DNA of 64,000 bases. Origin: Gekko japonicus. Its lineage: Eukaryota. Within the stretch, counting starts at the first letter, position 1, and each line of letters opens with the position of its first letter. Positions 1 through 11,966 of the stretch are shown here, piece by piece. Position numbers and translations under genes: made by a program. The notes below the pieces were generated by a model. That model searched no databases. It had not been told where the DNA came from and saw only the letters and a program-made list of their open reading frames with translations. Location: assembly GCF_001447785.1 (NCBI RefSeq), contig NW_015167570.1:66091-130090 (forward strand), in the 5' to 3' direction.

Positions 1-968
1 CTCCATTATATTCAGATGAAGCAATATCCAGTCCCAGCTGGATGAAAATATACTGTGGGCTTTCCACACAGCCTTCCTTCAGCAAACAGGGATTCCCCCC
101 ACTTATTCCCTATCATGGGCAATTGCTACACAGCACAGAAATATTTGGGAAGAAACAACACCGGCAGATTATAGCAGGATCCCTCTGGCTCTGTGAGAGA
201 CTGGTGAGGTGTATCTAGTGCTGGACAGCGACAGCTGAAAATGCGTGTTGTTTAAGGAAGCTGCAGCATGCCAGTACAATCAAAGAAAGATATGAATCAG
301 CTTTATACTCAGTTCGATCACTGGTCCATCTATTTGTTTCAACGTTTTATACCCACTGTTTCATTCCAAAGAATGCCCCAGAAGGCTCACGAAAGATAGG
401 AATAAATACTAAAACATCAGTAAAGGGACACAACAACAACAAAGACCAACCACAGAGCTAACGTTAAAGACATAGTCGTAAAATAGAAAAAGCAGCAATA
501 CGGAGCAGTAAAATTATAGCAATCAGAGCCAACACAGTAGATTAGCAACAGGAGACAATGAAGCAGTCGCAATCAGTGTTTATTTAATTCAAAGACCTGT
601 CCTAGTCCAACATTGCCCACTTGGACTGGCTGAAGTTCTCCAGAATCTTAGGCAGAGATCTGTCTTTCCAGTCTTGATACCATTTCTTAACAGCAGATAT
701 CCAGAACTGAAAACTGGACTGCCTGAATCCAAAGCACATGCCCTCTCTCCCTCTCCCTGAGCTGTAGTCCCCGTACTGGCTCTGAAAGGGATGGCTCCAG
801 CTGTTTCTTCTCACACACTCCTATGCCAGGCCATGCCCAGCCAATCAAAGAGCTGGCCTCGTCATGCATGTCTCCCCAGGTGGCAAGACACACACAACCA
901 TAATGAATGTGTGGTGTAAATATATTGTGTCTTTTCTTTATATAGATTATTCCCCCAGTAATACTCAC

Positions 969-1079
969 GGGTTTCCCAAGTTTGAGAATAACTTTTTCGG
1001 CATTGGTATGTTCCATAAAGTTAGGGTGAGGTTTCCTTCGGCGATAGTCTTCTTCTGTGAAAGGTATCTCTGGATCATC
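969..1079 (-). CDS. AK7: Adenylate kinase 7, coding exon 5 (gene continues beyond left edge)
   Basis: AG/GT-bounded 111-nt exon encoding [37 protein letters not shown]; resembles recalled vertebrate AK7. Confidence 0.93.
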
Positions 1080-1491
1080 CTGGGAGGGAAGGGGAAACCA
1101 AGCAATTTTATTTAAAAAATGTGACCTTTGGAATTATTCCATTTATGCTTTTAAAGGAACCAAAGCAAGGCTGCTTCCAACATGAGGAATTTCCCATGAG
1201 TTAAGAGCTGGACCCCCCACACACACACATTTTGGGGGTGCTTCCACATGTGCTCTTACACATGCAGTGTGGGGAGAAGGACAGAGCTGGGCTTCACCTT
1301 CAGAAGAGCAGTATTAAGCTTCTCATTCCACTTCCGCAGCCCTTCTCCCTATTTTGGAACTATCCCAAACCATTATCGTAACTGAGACTTCCCAATATCG
1401 CCAAGATTTAGTAAGGCAGATTTATGTACTACTTTACTGTGCCATGTAACGAACATTAGATGCACGTTCACTCACTTTCTTTGTCACTCAC

Positions 1492-1586
1492 CGGGTCGAG
1501 AGGCTTGCTTCGTGCCCAGGTCATGATTGTTGATAGCAGAATGAACACTTTCTGTTTCTCAAATTGTGCCATCACTTCATGTAGTG
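1492..1586 (-). CDS. AK7: AK7 coding exon 4
   Basis: 95-nt exon encoding (A)[31 protein letters not shown]; AG acceptor, GTGAGT donor, phase fits exons 3 and 5. Confidence 0.93.
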
Positions 1587-1739
1587 CTATATATTCAGAT
1601 TACAGTGTATTTGTTAGTATAAAAAGACTAATTTCCTCTTCAATGACAACATTGGTGCCATCCTAAGCATCGTTCTTTAGCTTAGAAGGACGTAACTCTG
1701 CTTGGGATAACACTGTAAATCTTTCTGGAAAAAGTCCAA

Positions 1740-2195
1740 AACTGTAACATTTCATTTCAAAAGAGGGAAACTTTACAAAAATGTGGAAAATAGTAAAAAG
1801 GAAGCTGAAGGGGAAACACAAGAAGGTCATGTCCCTAGAGGATGCCTGGAAGCTATTTAAAACCACACTAATTGAAGCTCAGTTAGAATGCATACCACAG
1901 GTTAGGAAAGGCATTACCAAGTTTAAAACAAGGCCTGCATGGTTAGGGTTAGCCATGCAGGCCTTGTTTTAAACTTGGTAATGCCTTTCCTAACCTGTGG
2001 TATGCATTCTAACTGAGCTTCAATGAACTGAATAGGAGGGACCACTGGTTCTGGCAAAAGAAATGTAAGTCAATAATTAGGCATGCAAAAAGAGATTTTG
2101 CAGAGCAGGTTGCTAAAAGCACCAAGACACACCATAAACATTTTAAAAATGTATCCAGAGCAGGAAACCAGCTAGAGAAGCAGCAGGGCCTTTGC
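1740..2195 (+). mobile_element. Degraded CR1-like LINE ORF2 fragment interrupted by a fold-back inversion
   Basis: ORF 1781-1972 (AWKLFKTTLIEAQLECIP...PAWL) resembles the CR1 endonuclease-RT linker; similar sequence resumes after ~2030. Confidence 0.6.
1871..2024. repeat. Perfect inverted repeat, 72-bp arms, 10-nt loop TTAGGGTTAG
   Basis: 1871-1942 is the exact reverse complement of 1953-2024. Confidence 0.95.
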
Positions 2196-2679
2196 TTCTT
2201 TAAGCATGTTTAAGCCATACAATATATACTTTTTTTCTCTTTTACAGACCTAGGGCTTCCTCCAAGCTTGTAGAAAAATACCTATGTTTACATGTCCCCA
2301 CTGTGTGGATTTCTTATTCCACATTCTGAGGTCTTTGTTCAGGTTTAATGGTGATACGTGATAGGTGCAATCAAGATGCACAATTTGAACAAGCATTTTA
2401 GCTTATACAGTCATTTGAATAAACACATGCTCAATATGCATGCGTAAGTTTACAGATGAGAAACAAAATTCCTTGTCCTATAACTGAGCCCAAACATAAA
2501 TAAGAGATTGTCCCAAGCCTACCTCATGAATCTGTGGCCCAGACTGAATTTGAACTCAGGTCTTTGCAGTCCAAACTCTCTGTCTTCTGCAAATTAATCT
2601 GCCATCCACTTCCCCAGTTTGGCAGACAGCTTATGTATATGCCCCATGCCTCTTTTAGATAACAAAGAAACTTTCCCAC

Positions 2680-2788
2680 CTGTAGCTGCCCAGGTTGCTT
2701 CTTCAATCTGGCTTTCATCTTCAGTGATGTTATAAATAATGACATCACACTCTGTCATGCGAGCTAGCAGCTCATCTCGAGAAGACGT
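2680..2788 (-). CDS. AK7: AK7 coding exon 3
   Basis: 109-nt exon encoding [36 protein letters not shown]; polypyrimidine tract and AG, GT donor. Confidence 0.93.
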
Positions 2789-4220
2789 CTAAAAACAAAA
2801 ACAAAATGTCTGGGAGAAGGAATCGCTGTCCTCCTCTTTCAACATTCTAGTTTTAAGTTCCAGTTTCCAAACTTTTTTTTAATTTACAGTCAAAACACAA
2901 ACATAAATTCATTATTCATCTTATCGATATTCTCATTTTCCATTTTTAACAATCGTGAAACAAAAAAAAAATTCATCTGAGGTTACTATTACAACCACCA
3001 ATTTTTTTTCACTCTTCTAGTCCCTCCTGTTTTCCTATGCCCCAATCCTACCCGTTTATAAATCCCATCCAACTTCCCCATAACTTATAAATACTCATAA
3101 TCCCATTCAAAACCTACAGTTCATTCTAACTCGCATAGTACTATTTCCCTGCATCTTCTTCTGTACCTAAAACGAAAAGTTGAAAGGGTTGCCTCCGATT
3201 ATGGGTGCTATAGAGAAGCACTCTACAGCGAGAGGGGAAGCCACCTCTCTCCCTATATACGGAGGTCTTGGGGGGGACACACTCTTCGCCTGGGATACCC
3301 AGGTAGCTACAGCTGACACTAGAATTTCTAATGCCAATTTCAAAGTTGCTTGAAGTGTTCAACAGAGCATTAGCATGAACATTCAGATAATTAATCTCCC
3401 TTATCCCTTTTTGGGGTGGTAGACGTACTGTGAGGACTATGCCACATGGCCTGCTCAATCTATGAAATGGCTCTCAAACGTGTGTGTGTNNNNNNNNNNN
3501 NNNNNNNNNNNNNNNNNNNNNNNNNNNNNNNNNNNNNNNNNNNNNNNNNNNNNNNNNNNNNNNNNNNNNNNNNNNNNNNNNNNNNNNNNNNNNNNNNNNN
3601 NNNNNNNNNNNNNNNNNNNNNNNNNNNNNNNNNNNNNNNNNNNNNNNNNNNNNNNNNNNNNNNNNNNNNNNNNNNNNNNNNNNNNNNNNNNNNNNNNNNN
3701 NNNNNNNNNNNNNNNNNNNNNNNNNNNNNNNNNNNNNNNNNNNNNNNNNNNNNNNNNNNNNNNNNNNNNNNNNNNNNNNNNNNNNNNNNNNNNNNNNNNN
3801 NNNNNNNNNNNNNNNNNNNNNNNNNNNNNNNNNNNNNNNNNNNNNNNNNNNNNNNNNNNNNNNNNNNNNNNNNNNNNNNNNNNNNNNNNNNNNNNNNNNN
3901 NNNNNNNNNNNNNNNNNNNNNNNNNNNNNNNNNNNNNNNNNNNNNNNNNNNNNNNNNNNNNNNNNNNNNNNNNNNNNNNNNNNNNNNNNNNNNNNNNNNN
4001 NNNNNNNNNNNNNNNNNNNNNNNNNNNNNNNNNNNNNNNNNNNNNNNNNNNNNNNNNNNNNNNNNNNNNNNNNNNNNNNNNNNNNNNNNNNNNNNNNNNN
4101 NNNNNNNNNNNNNNNNNNNNNNNNNNNNNNNNNNNNNNNNNNNNNNNNNNNNNNNNNNNNNNNNNNNNNNNNNNNNNNNNNNNNNNNNNNNNNNNNNNNN
4201 NNNNNNNNNNNNNNNNNNNN

Positions 4221-5347
4221 NAGGTTGAGCCAGCTGAAGCTAAACCTGGTGAAGACAGAGGTCCTGGGCCTGAGTCGCGCTGGTCTGGGGTTGGGAATCC
4301 CTCTCCCAACCTTTGATGGGGCGCTGTTGGTGCCAGCGCCAGGGGTTAGGAGTTTGGGAGTGCTCCTGGACTCCTCTCTAACTATGGAGGCCCAGGTGGC
4401 AGCCATTGCCAGGTCAGCTTTTTACCCTCTTAGGCTGGCTCGGCAGTTGGTTCCTTTCCTCGACCGCAATGACCTGGCCACAGTGATCCATGCGACAGTC
4501 ACCTCGAGGCTAGACTACTGTAACACTCTCTACGTGGGGCTGCCTTTGTGGCAAATCCGGAAGCTGCAGCTGGTGCAGAATGCGGTGGCCCGGCTGTTGA
4601 TGGGCCTCCCCAAGTGGGAGCACAGAATGCTGCAGCCAGGCTTCTGATGTGTCTTGCTAGGCGGGAGCACATCCATCCTGTGCTGAAAGCGCTGCACTGG
4701 CTGCCAATAGCGTACCGGATTCGCTTCAAAGTGCTGGTTCTTACCTTTAAAGCCCTATACAGCCCGGGTCCGACATACCTGAGGGTTCGCCTTTCCCCAT
4801 ATATACCCCAAAGGGCACTACGGTCAGGGATGCAACATCTGCTGGTGACCCCAGGCCTGAAGGAAGCCAGGCTTGCGGTTACTAGGGCCAAGGCCTTCTC
4901 GGTGGCAGCTCCTACCTGGTGGAATGAGCTCCTGGAGGAGATCAGGGCCTTGCAGAACCTAGCACAGTTCCTCAGGGCCTGCAAGACGGAGCTCTTCCGC
5001 CAGGCTTTTGAGTAGGAGCTAGGAGCCGTCACAACCACCACCAACAACGAGTTTTGAAACAGTGGGGTATGGGAGTGGCCCTGTGATGATCGAACTGCAG
5101 CACTATGGCGTGTGGATACCACTGAGTTGAGATCTGACTGAATATCCTCTGGATACCATGTTTAAATGGAAGACTATCACCTGCGACCATCTTGAAGCAC
5201 TTTATTTTGTAAATATTGTAATTTGTGTGTGTTTTATCTTGTTTTTATGTATTTGGCATGCGTGCCCAGACGTTAGCTGCCCTGAGCCCGCCCATGGGGA
5301 GGGCGGCCTAGAAATCGAATGATAAATAAATAAATAAATAAATAAAC
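4221..5347 (+). mobile_element. L2-clade LINE 3' portion (RT C-terminus, 3' UTR, (TAAA)n tail)
   Basis: Translation LKLNLVKTEVL...SLGVLLDSSL...SRLDYCN...LQLVQNA..ARLL..LHWLPI..RIRFK is typical L2 ORF2; (TAAA)n at 5323-5347; 5' part lost in the N gap. Confidence 0.88.
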
Positions 5348-5584
5348 AGAAGCTCGTGCTGCTGCTGCAGTGTGACTCTAGAGAGGAGGAGTTTAAACTT
5401 TAAACACCTTCTCTTTTCACTTCCTCCGCAAGCCCGCTGGGGGCAGGGCTTGCTGCCACTGCCATTTGTGCCTGCTCCTGGGCTACTGGAGTGCTGCTCC
5501 GGCTCGTTCCGGTCCCCAAATGACCCATGTGTGTGTGTGTGTATCTTTTATATTTATTTAATTTAATGTAAACCCTTTAATTTA

Positions 5585-5936
5585 GAGCTGCGGTGGCTCA
5601 AGTGGTTAAGACGCTGAACTGCAGGCTGTGGAAGGTCGGTAGTTCAGCAGTTCAAGACCCAGGTGCCGCACGATGGAGTGAGCTCCCGTCTCTAGTTCCA
5701 GCTCCTGCCAACCTAGCAGTTCGAAAGCAAGAAATTGCAAGTAGATAAATAGGTACCACTTTGGTGGGAAGGTACCAGCGTTCCATGTGCCTTGGTGTTT
5801 AGTCATGCCGGCCACATGACCATGGAAACATCTTCAGACAGTGCTGGCTCTTCGGCTTTGAAACAGAGATGAGCACCGCAGCCCTAGAGTCGGATTCGAC
5901 TGGCTTTCGAGCAAGGGAACCTTTACCTTTACCTTT
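5585..5936 (+). mobile_element. Sauria SINE, apparently full length
   Basis: tRNA-like head (GGTGGCTCAAGTGGTTAAG), core CAGCTCCTGCCAACCTAGCAGTTCGAAAGC, (ACCTTT)n tail, flanking direct repeat CCTTTAATTTA. Confidence 0.85.
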
Positions 5937-5964
5937 AATTTAAACCCCACTTAATTTGCTCTCC

Positions 5965-6125
5965 TCTGCTCCATTTTATCCTCACAACCACCCCGCAAGG
6001 TGGGTCAGGCTGAGAGTATGTGTCTGGCCCAAAGTCACCCAGCAAGCTGCCATGGCAGTGTGGGGATTCAAACCTGGTTCTCCCAGATCCTAGTCCAGTG
6101 CACTAAGCACTACGCCACGCTGGTC
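5965..6125 (-). mobile_element. tRNA-derived SINE (MIR/Squam-like)
   Basis: ATCCTCACAAC..GTCAGGCTGAGAG..GGCCCAAAGTCACCCAG..GGATTCAAACCTGG; related motifs recur at 12110-12550, 44530-44750 and 47455-47570. Confidence 0.65.
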
Positions 6126-7450
6126 CTTGGACACCTCTAACCATCCCCATTTCAAAAGATCCTGAAAAGTACCAAGTGCTTTGAAGTCATTATCTCAGCT
6201 CTCATTCTTATAAACCTGCAAGTGCTACTGTCACTTTACAGAGGAAGATCTAAAGGACAACTCAGCATGGCGACGGCTGAAATTGTGTTTTGACAGAGCT
6301 CTTCCATATCCAAGATTCACTCTAACAGACGGGGCTGCTTCTTGTTTCATAGCTTGCTCCTCAGAGACATACACAAAAACTGCTTTAGCTTCTCGAGCTT
6401 GACTAGGGCGCATATTAAAAAGAGCATCTCATTAATCCCTGGCACACATAACAAGAAATTAAAGTAAGCACCGTCTGCTAAGTAGCGGACCAAAGAAAGG
6501 GCTGCGCAAACAAACAACATTTCAGGTCGGAGGACAGCAACCTTTTACAATTAAACAGCCAAACCAATACTTAAGTTCTCAGCAAGAAATTAACAAAGGC
6601 CAGTATAAGAAAGACCCTTTGCAGTACTGAAAGCCTTCCATTGAAGATTACTGACAATTGGCATGTTGATTAGTAATCCATAAAGTGCCTGCAGTTCAAA
6701 CAATACTCTTTGCAGGTCCTTTACTGGGAAGCGGAGCCCAAAGCCTCACAATAAATAATTAATAGGAGCGTGATTGTTTAGTACACTGGCATAAATCTGT
6801 GCATGACTCATGCTTGGAATACTGGCAACTGTTCATCTCTATCATTTCCCTTTATGTAAACCATCTTGAAGACGCCCTTTCGTCCCACAACAATCTTTGC
6901 CTGTCCTTCACCATGCAAACTGGTTACTCTAGCATCCCACCTACCCCTCCAGTATACCGTAACCTAATGATTTTTTTCTAGTAAAGAGCCATATTTGGTT
7001 CCATGCTAAGCCGCATTTGACTCTGGAGCTATAGGCTGCAGACCCATTTTAGGTTTTAAGGGCCTAATTGCCCATGACGTTTTCTAACAAAGTTAATTTC
7101 TGTATCAGAACAGCCTTCACTCACCATAAGGATGAAAACAGAGGGACAGAACTTCAACAGTACCTGATGCTGATCTGCCCTTGCATCTTTCAAACAGATG
7201 TATAAACTTCCGAACTGAACTGAGCCTAGTGAAAAACTAGTTCTTCCAGTTTCCGGGAGAAGGTGGCTGTGCAGAGTATTAATTGGCTGGCCCTTGTGAT
7301 GATTATGAAGAAACCTCTCTCACACACACATCTAGTGATGCAGAATTCTGACTGTCTGACCCTTGTGGCAATCATGATATTCCATCTCCCACACCCCATC
7401 TTTGTACTTTATTTATTTTTTGTTTAAGTTGTAACTGCTGAGAACTAAGT

Positions 7451-7940
7451 GGGGAAGGGGAGGAGATGGATTTATGACATCACATGAAGAAGCCAATGAA
7501 TGCTTTGCACACGCAGATCTTCCTGATTCAAGTCCACTGTTCTGAAAACCTACATAGCCAGCTTTCCTCAGACCAGAAGGTATATCAAAACTATCGCTAC
7601 CATAAGCACAGTGGTATATTTGTATATATTCAAAATCTGCCCTACTAACTCTCCATATAGAAGAAGACGAAGACATCGGATTTATACCCTGCCCTGGGGA
7701 AGGAGAGGAGATGGATTTATGACATCACATGAAGAAGCCAATGAATGCTTTGCACACGCAGATCTTCCTGATTCAAGTCCACTGTTCTGAAAACCTACAT
7801 AGCCAGCTTTCCTCAGACCAGAAGGTATATCAAAACCATCGCTACCCTAAGCACAGTGGTATATTTGTATATATTCAAAATCTGCCCTACTAACTCTCCA
7901 TATAGAAGAAGAGAAAGACATTGGATTTATACCCTGCCCT
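7451..7940. repeat. Tandem duplication of a ~245-bp unit
   Basis: 7451-7695 and 7696-7940 are near-identical, with only a few differences. Confidence 0.92.
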
Positions 7941-8066
7941 TCACTCGGAGTCTCAGAGCAGCTTACAAACTCCTTTCCCTTCCCCACCCCACAACAGACA
8001 CCCTGTGAGGTAGGTGGGGCTAAATTCATTTGGCATTTTAATAAATTTAACTGGTTTTATACTTAC

Positions 8067-8252
8067 AGTATATATTTCCTGAGCAAAATCTGGCTTCCCA
8101 CTCTCTGCCTGAGAAACAGTTCCCACTATTTGGTATATTCCTTCCTTTGGTTTAGCAGGTGAAAGTTCAACAGCTGATCTAGCTTCATCTTCTTCTTCCT
8201 CTTCCTCTGCTACTTCTTCCAGAGATGCTCCAACAATACAGGAGGACAAGTA
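8067..8252 (-). CDS. AK7: AK7 coding exon 2
   Basis: 186-nt exon encoding [62 protein letters not shown]; TTTAG acceptor, GTAAGT donor. Confidence 0.95.
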
Positions 8253-8482
8253 CTAAACATTGACAAGAAAGCGACCAATCGGATAATGAAAGGGAACCCA
8301 GTTCACATTGATATAGTCATTGATAACCAGTTACCTGCTTCAGTATCATCTTTCTCATTTCTCACCTGTGGGGATGAATAACAGCTCAACATACTGAAGC
8401 GGCCTGCTAGCCAGGGGGAAGATAGTCTTCCAAGCGCATTTCTCAGCAGAGTTACACCCTTCTGTATCCATTGCTTCATCTG

Positions 8483-8690
8483 GATAGCTCAGAGTAGCCT
8501 GATCTTGTCAGCTCTTGGAAGTTAAGCAGGGTCGCCGCTGGTTAGTATTTGGGTGGGAGATCACCAAGGAAGCCCCGGGTCACAACACAGAGGCAGGCAA
8601 TGGCAAACCACTTCTGAACATCTCTTGCCTTGAAAACCTTCTAGGGACACCGTACGTTGGCCGAGACTTCACAGCACTTTCCACCACCAC
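8483..8690 (+). mobile_element. 5S rRNA-derived SINE (duplicate copy at ~10110-10315)
   Basis: GCCTGATCTTGTCAGCTCTTGGAAGTTAAGCAGGGTC..TGGTTAGTATTTGGGTGGGAGA resembles the internal 5S rRNA sequence; followed by an RTE-like tail AGGCAGGCAATGGCAAACCAC. Confidence 0.75.
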
Positions 8691-9055
8691 ATCTATGGAC
8701 TTTAACGGACTTAGAAGGGTGTAACTCTGCTGAGGATTGCATTGTTCACATCTGTCCAGCCCCTTCTCGATCTTTGCCTTTGATTCCATTTCTTCACCTT
8801 TACTCTGACCTTGAGGGCTGCTTGCACACAGGTTATTTAAGTCTGGAGTGGACATAATTCACTCAATTTTTTTGGCAAATGCAGATGATAGTCAGTTTAC
8901 TTCATTCATTTTTTTTAATCAGATCTGATTTGTGCACATTTTCACTGCAGTGTACGACTGCACTAGTGAAACAAAGTGTAATTAAGTCTTCCCAGAATTA
9001 CTGTCTTTTTTCCTTCTGCTTTCTGTGGTTTTAAAACAGTTCTATGCTTAGATTG

Positions 9056-9822
9056 TAGAATCATAGAATCATAGAGTTGGAAAGGACCTCCAGGGTCATC
9101 TAGTCCAACCCCCTGCACAATGCAGGAAATTCACAAATAACTCCCCCTCCATACCCACAGTGACCCCTATTTCACACCCAGAAGATGACAAAAAACCTCC
9201 AGGATCCCTGGCCAAACTGGCCCAGAGAAAAATTGCTTCCTGACCCCAAAGTGGTAATCAGCATTTCCCTGGGCGTGTAAGAAAGAGCCACAAGAACTAA
9301 GCACTGAGGCAACCCTTCCTGCCCCTCCTTCTCATGACCTGCCTAAGTTCACAGAATCAGCATTGCTGTCAGATGGCCATCTAGCTTCTGTTTGAAAACT
9401 TCCAAAGAAGGAGAGCCCACCATCTCTTGAGGAAGCTGGAACCACTCTGTCAGAAAGTTCTTCCTAATGTTTAGCTGAAAACTCTTCTGATTTAATTTCA
9501 ACCCATTGGTTCTGGTCCAACCTTCTGGGGCAACAGAAAACAACTCTGTATCCTCTATATGAAAGTCCTTCAAGTATTTGAAGATGGTTATCATATTGTC
9601 TCTCAGTCGTCTCCTCTCCAGGCTAAACATACCCAGCTCCTTCAACCTTTCCTCATAAGACTTGGTCTCCAGACCCCTCACCATCTTCGTTGCCCTCCTC
9701 TGGACATGTTCCAGCTCATAAATTGTGGTGCCCAAAACTGAACACAATACTCCAGGTGAGGTCTAACCAGAGCAGAGTAAAGTGGTACCATCGCTTTGAG
9801 TGATCTGGACACTACTGTTGAT
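9056..9822 (-). mobile_element. 5'-truncated CR1 LINE
   Basis: ORF 9349-9747 ([35 protein letters not shown]); 3' (ATTCTATG)n-type tail at the 9056 end. Confidence 0.92.
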
Positions 9823-10681
9823 TTCCTCTTCCTCTGCTACTTCTTCCAGAGATGCTCCAACAATACAGGAGGACAAGTACTAAACATTGACAAGAAAGCG
9901 ACCAATCGGATAATGAAAGGGAACCCAGTTCACATTGATATAGTCATTGATAACCAGTTACCTGCTTCAGTATCATCTTTCTCATTTCTCACCTGTGGGG
10001 ATGAATAACAGCTCAACATACTGAAGCGGCCGGCTAGCCAGGGGGAAGATAGTCTTCCAGTGCATTTCTAAGCTGAGTTACACCCTTCTATATCCATTGC
10101 TTCACCTGGGTAGCTCAGAGTAGCCTGATCAAAACAGCTCTTGGAAGATAAGCAGGGTCGCCCCAGGTTAGTATTTGGGTGGGAAATCACCATGGAAGCC
10201 CAGGGTCACAACACAGAGGCAGGCAATGGCAAACCACTTCTGAACACCTCTTGCCTTGAAAACCTTCTAGAGACACCGTACGTTGGCCGAGACTTCACAG
10301 CACTTTCCACCACCACATCTATGGACTTTAACGGACTTAGAAGGGTGTAACTCTGCTGAGGATTGCATTGTTCACATCTGTCCAGCCCCTTCTCGATCTT
10401 TGCCTTTGATTCCATTTCTTCACCTTTACTCTGACCTTGAGGGCTGCTTGCACACAGGTTATTTAAGTCTGGAGTGGACATAATTCACTCAATTTTTTTG
10501 GCAAATGCAGATGATAGTCAGTTTACTTCATTCATTTTTTTTAATCAGATCTGATTTGTGCACATTTTCACTGCAGTGTACGACTGCACTAGTGAAACAA
10601 AGTGTAATTAAGTCTTCCCAGAATTACTGTCTTTTTTCCTTCTGCTTTCTGTGGTTTTAAAACAGTTCTATGCTTAGATTG

Positions 10682-11213
10682 TAGAATCATAGAATCATAG
10701 AGTTGGAAAGGACCTCCAGGGTCATCTAGTCCAACCCCCTGCACAATGCAGGAAATTCACAAATAACTCCCCCTCCATACCCGCAGTGACCCCTATTTCA
10801 CACCCAGAAGATGACAAAAAACCTCCAGGATCCCTGGCCAAACTGGCCCAGAGAAAAATTGCTTCCTGACCCCAAAGTGGTAATCAGCATTTCCCTGGGC
10901 GTGTAAGAAAGAGCCACAAGAACTAAGCACTGAGGCAACCCTTCCTGCCCCTCCTTCTCATGACCTGCCTAAGTTCACAGAATCAGCATTGCTGTCAGAT
11001 GGCCATCTAGCTTCTGTTTGAAAACTTCCAAAGAAGGATATTCCACCACCTCCTGAGGAAGCCTGTTCCACTGACTGTTCTAACTGTTAGGAAGTTCTTC
11101 CTAATGTTTAGCCAAAAACTCTTCTGATTTAATTTCAACCCGTTGGTTCTGGTCCTACCTTCTGGGGCAACATCCTCTATATGACAGCCATCCTCTATAT
11201 GACAGCCCTCATA
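10682..11213 (-). mobile_element. 5'-truncated CR1 LINE (shorter copy)
   Basis: Same 3' UTR and tail as the 9056 copy; diverges from it after ~11037. Confidence 0.88.
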
Positions 11214-11744
11214 CTTACTTTGCAACTTTCTTCCTTCATTTTGTCTCTCTCCAACCCAAAGCTTAAATTATAGCTGTGCCTCTTTGCAGAAAAAGCAATC
11301 ACTTGTTCATTTTTTAAATTGTATTTTTATTATAATTGTGTAATTACAAAACTACGTTAATGAAAATATTTCCAAAAAACGGGAGATCACTTTGGCTGCA
11401 AAGAGAATAGCTCTACCCCCCCCTCCGTAAAGTAACTAATTTAAGGAGTGTCATGGAATTAATTGTGTATGGAGGAACAAACACTGATGGGAAATAAAAG
11501 AAGAGGTATATATATATTTAAAGGAACAAATTGCAGGGAAAAGTGGGATGTTTGACCAGGACGTACTTCCAAATAAAATTGTTAGTAGGATAGCACCTAG
11601 TGGGATGGGCATTACTGGATTTCTATAGGAATACAGCACTATAGTACAGTGCATGGAACCACCATGCAGCTGATGATGGTAAAGGAATCCATCAAGAGAA
11701 CATAGGTATAGTGGAAACTGGGAAGCAATCTAGAATTCCAGTGA

Positions 11745-11966
11745 AGAAGAGTTGGAGTTATACCCCACCCTTCACTCAAGAGTCTCAGAGCAGCTTATAG
11801 TCTCCTTCCCTTCCTCTCCTCACAACAGACTGTGAGGCAGGTAGGACTGAGAGAGCTCGGAGAGAACAGTTCTGAGAGGATTGTGACTGACCCAAGGTCA
11901 CCCAGCTGGCTTCATGTGGTTTCTCCAGATTAGAGTCCCCCACTCATAACCACTACACCAAACTGG
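11745..11966 (-). mobile_element. tRNA-derived SINE with (CTT)n tail
   Basis: Same family as 30172-30445 and 63212-63520. Confidence 0.75.

Larger units (their letters stand above)
8196..11037. repeat. Direct duplication with ~1626-bp period (8196-~9410 vs 9823-~11037)
   Basis: Near-identical sequence; identical or near-identical ORF translations at 8657/10283 and 8580/10206. Confidence 0.93.

Noticed and set aside
1-960. AK7 exon 6
   Set aside because: No AG/GT-bounded frame resembling the next AK7 segment was found; it probably lies left of the window.
3446-4406. Several 260-390 aa ORFs in the ORF track
   Set aside because: They are read-through of the N gap 3490-4220; the only real coding-like part is L2 sequence.
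8490-8580. 5S rRNA gene
   Set aside because: Diverged, lacks the 5S ends and is fused to a retroposon tail; better explained as a SINE head.
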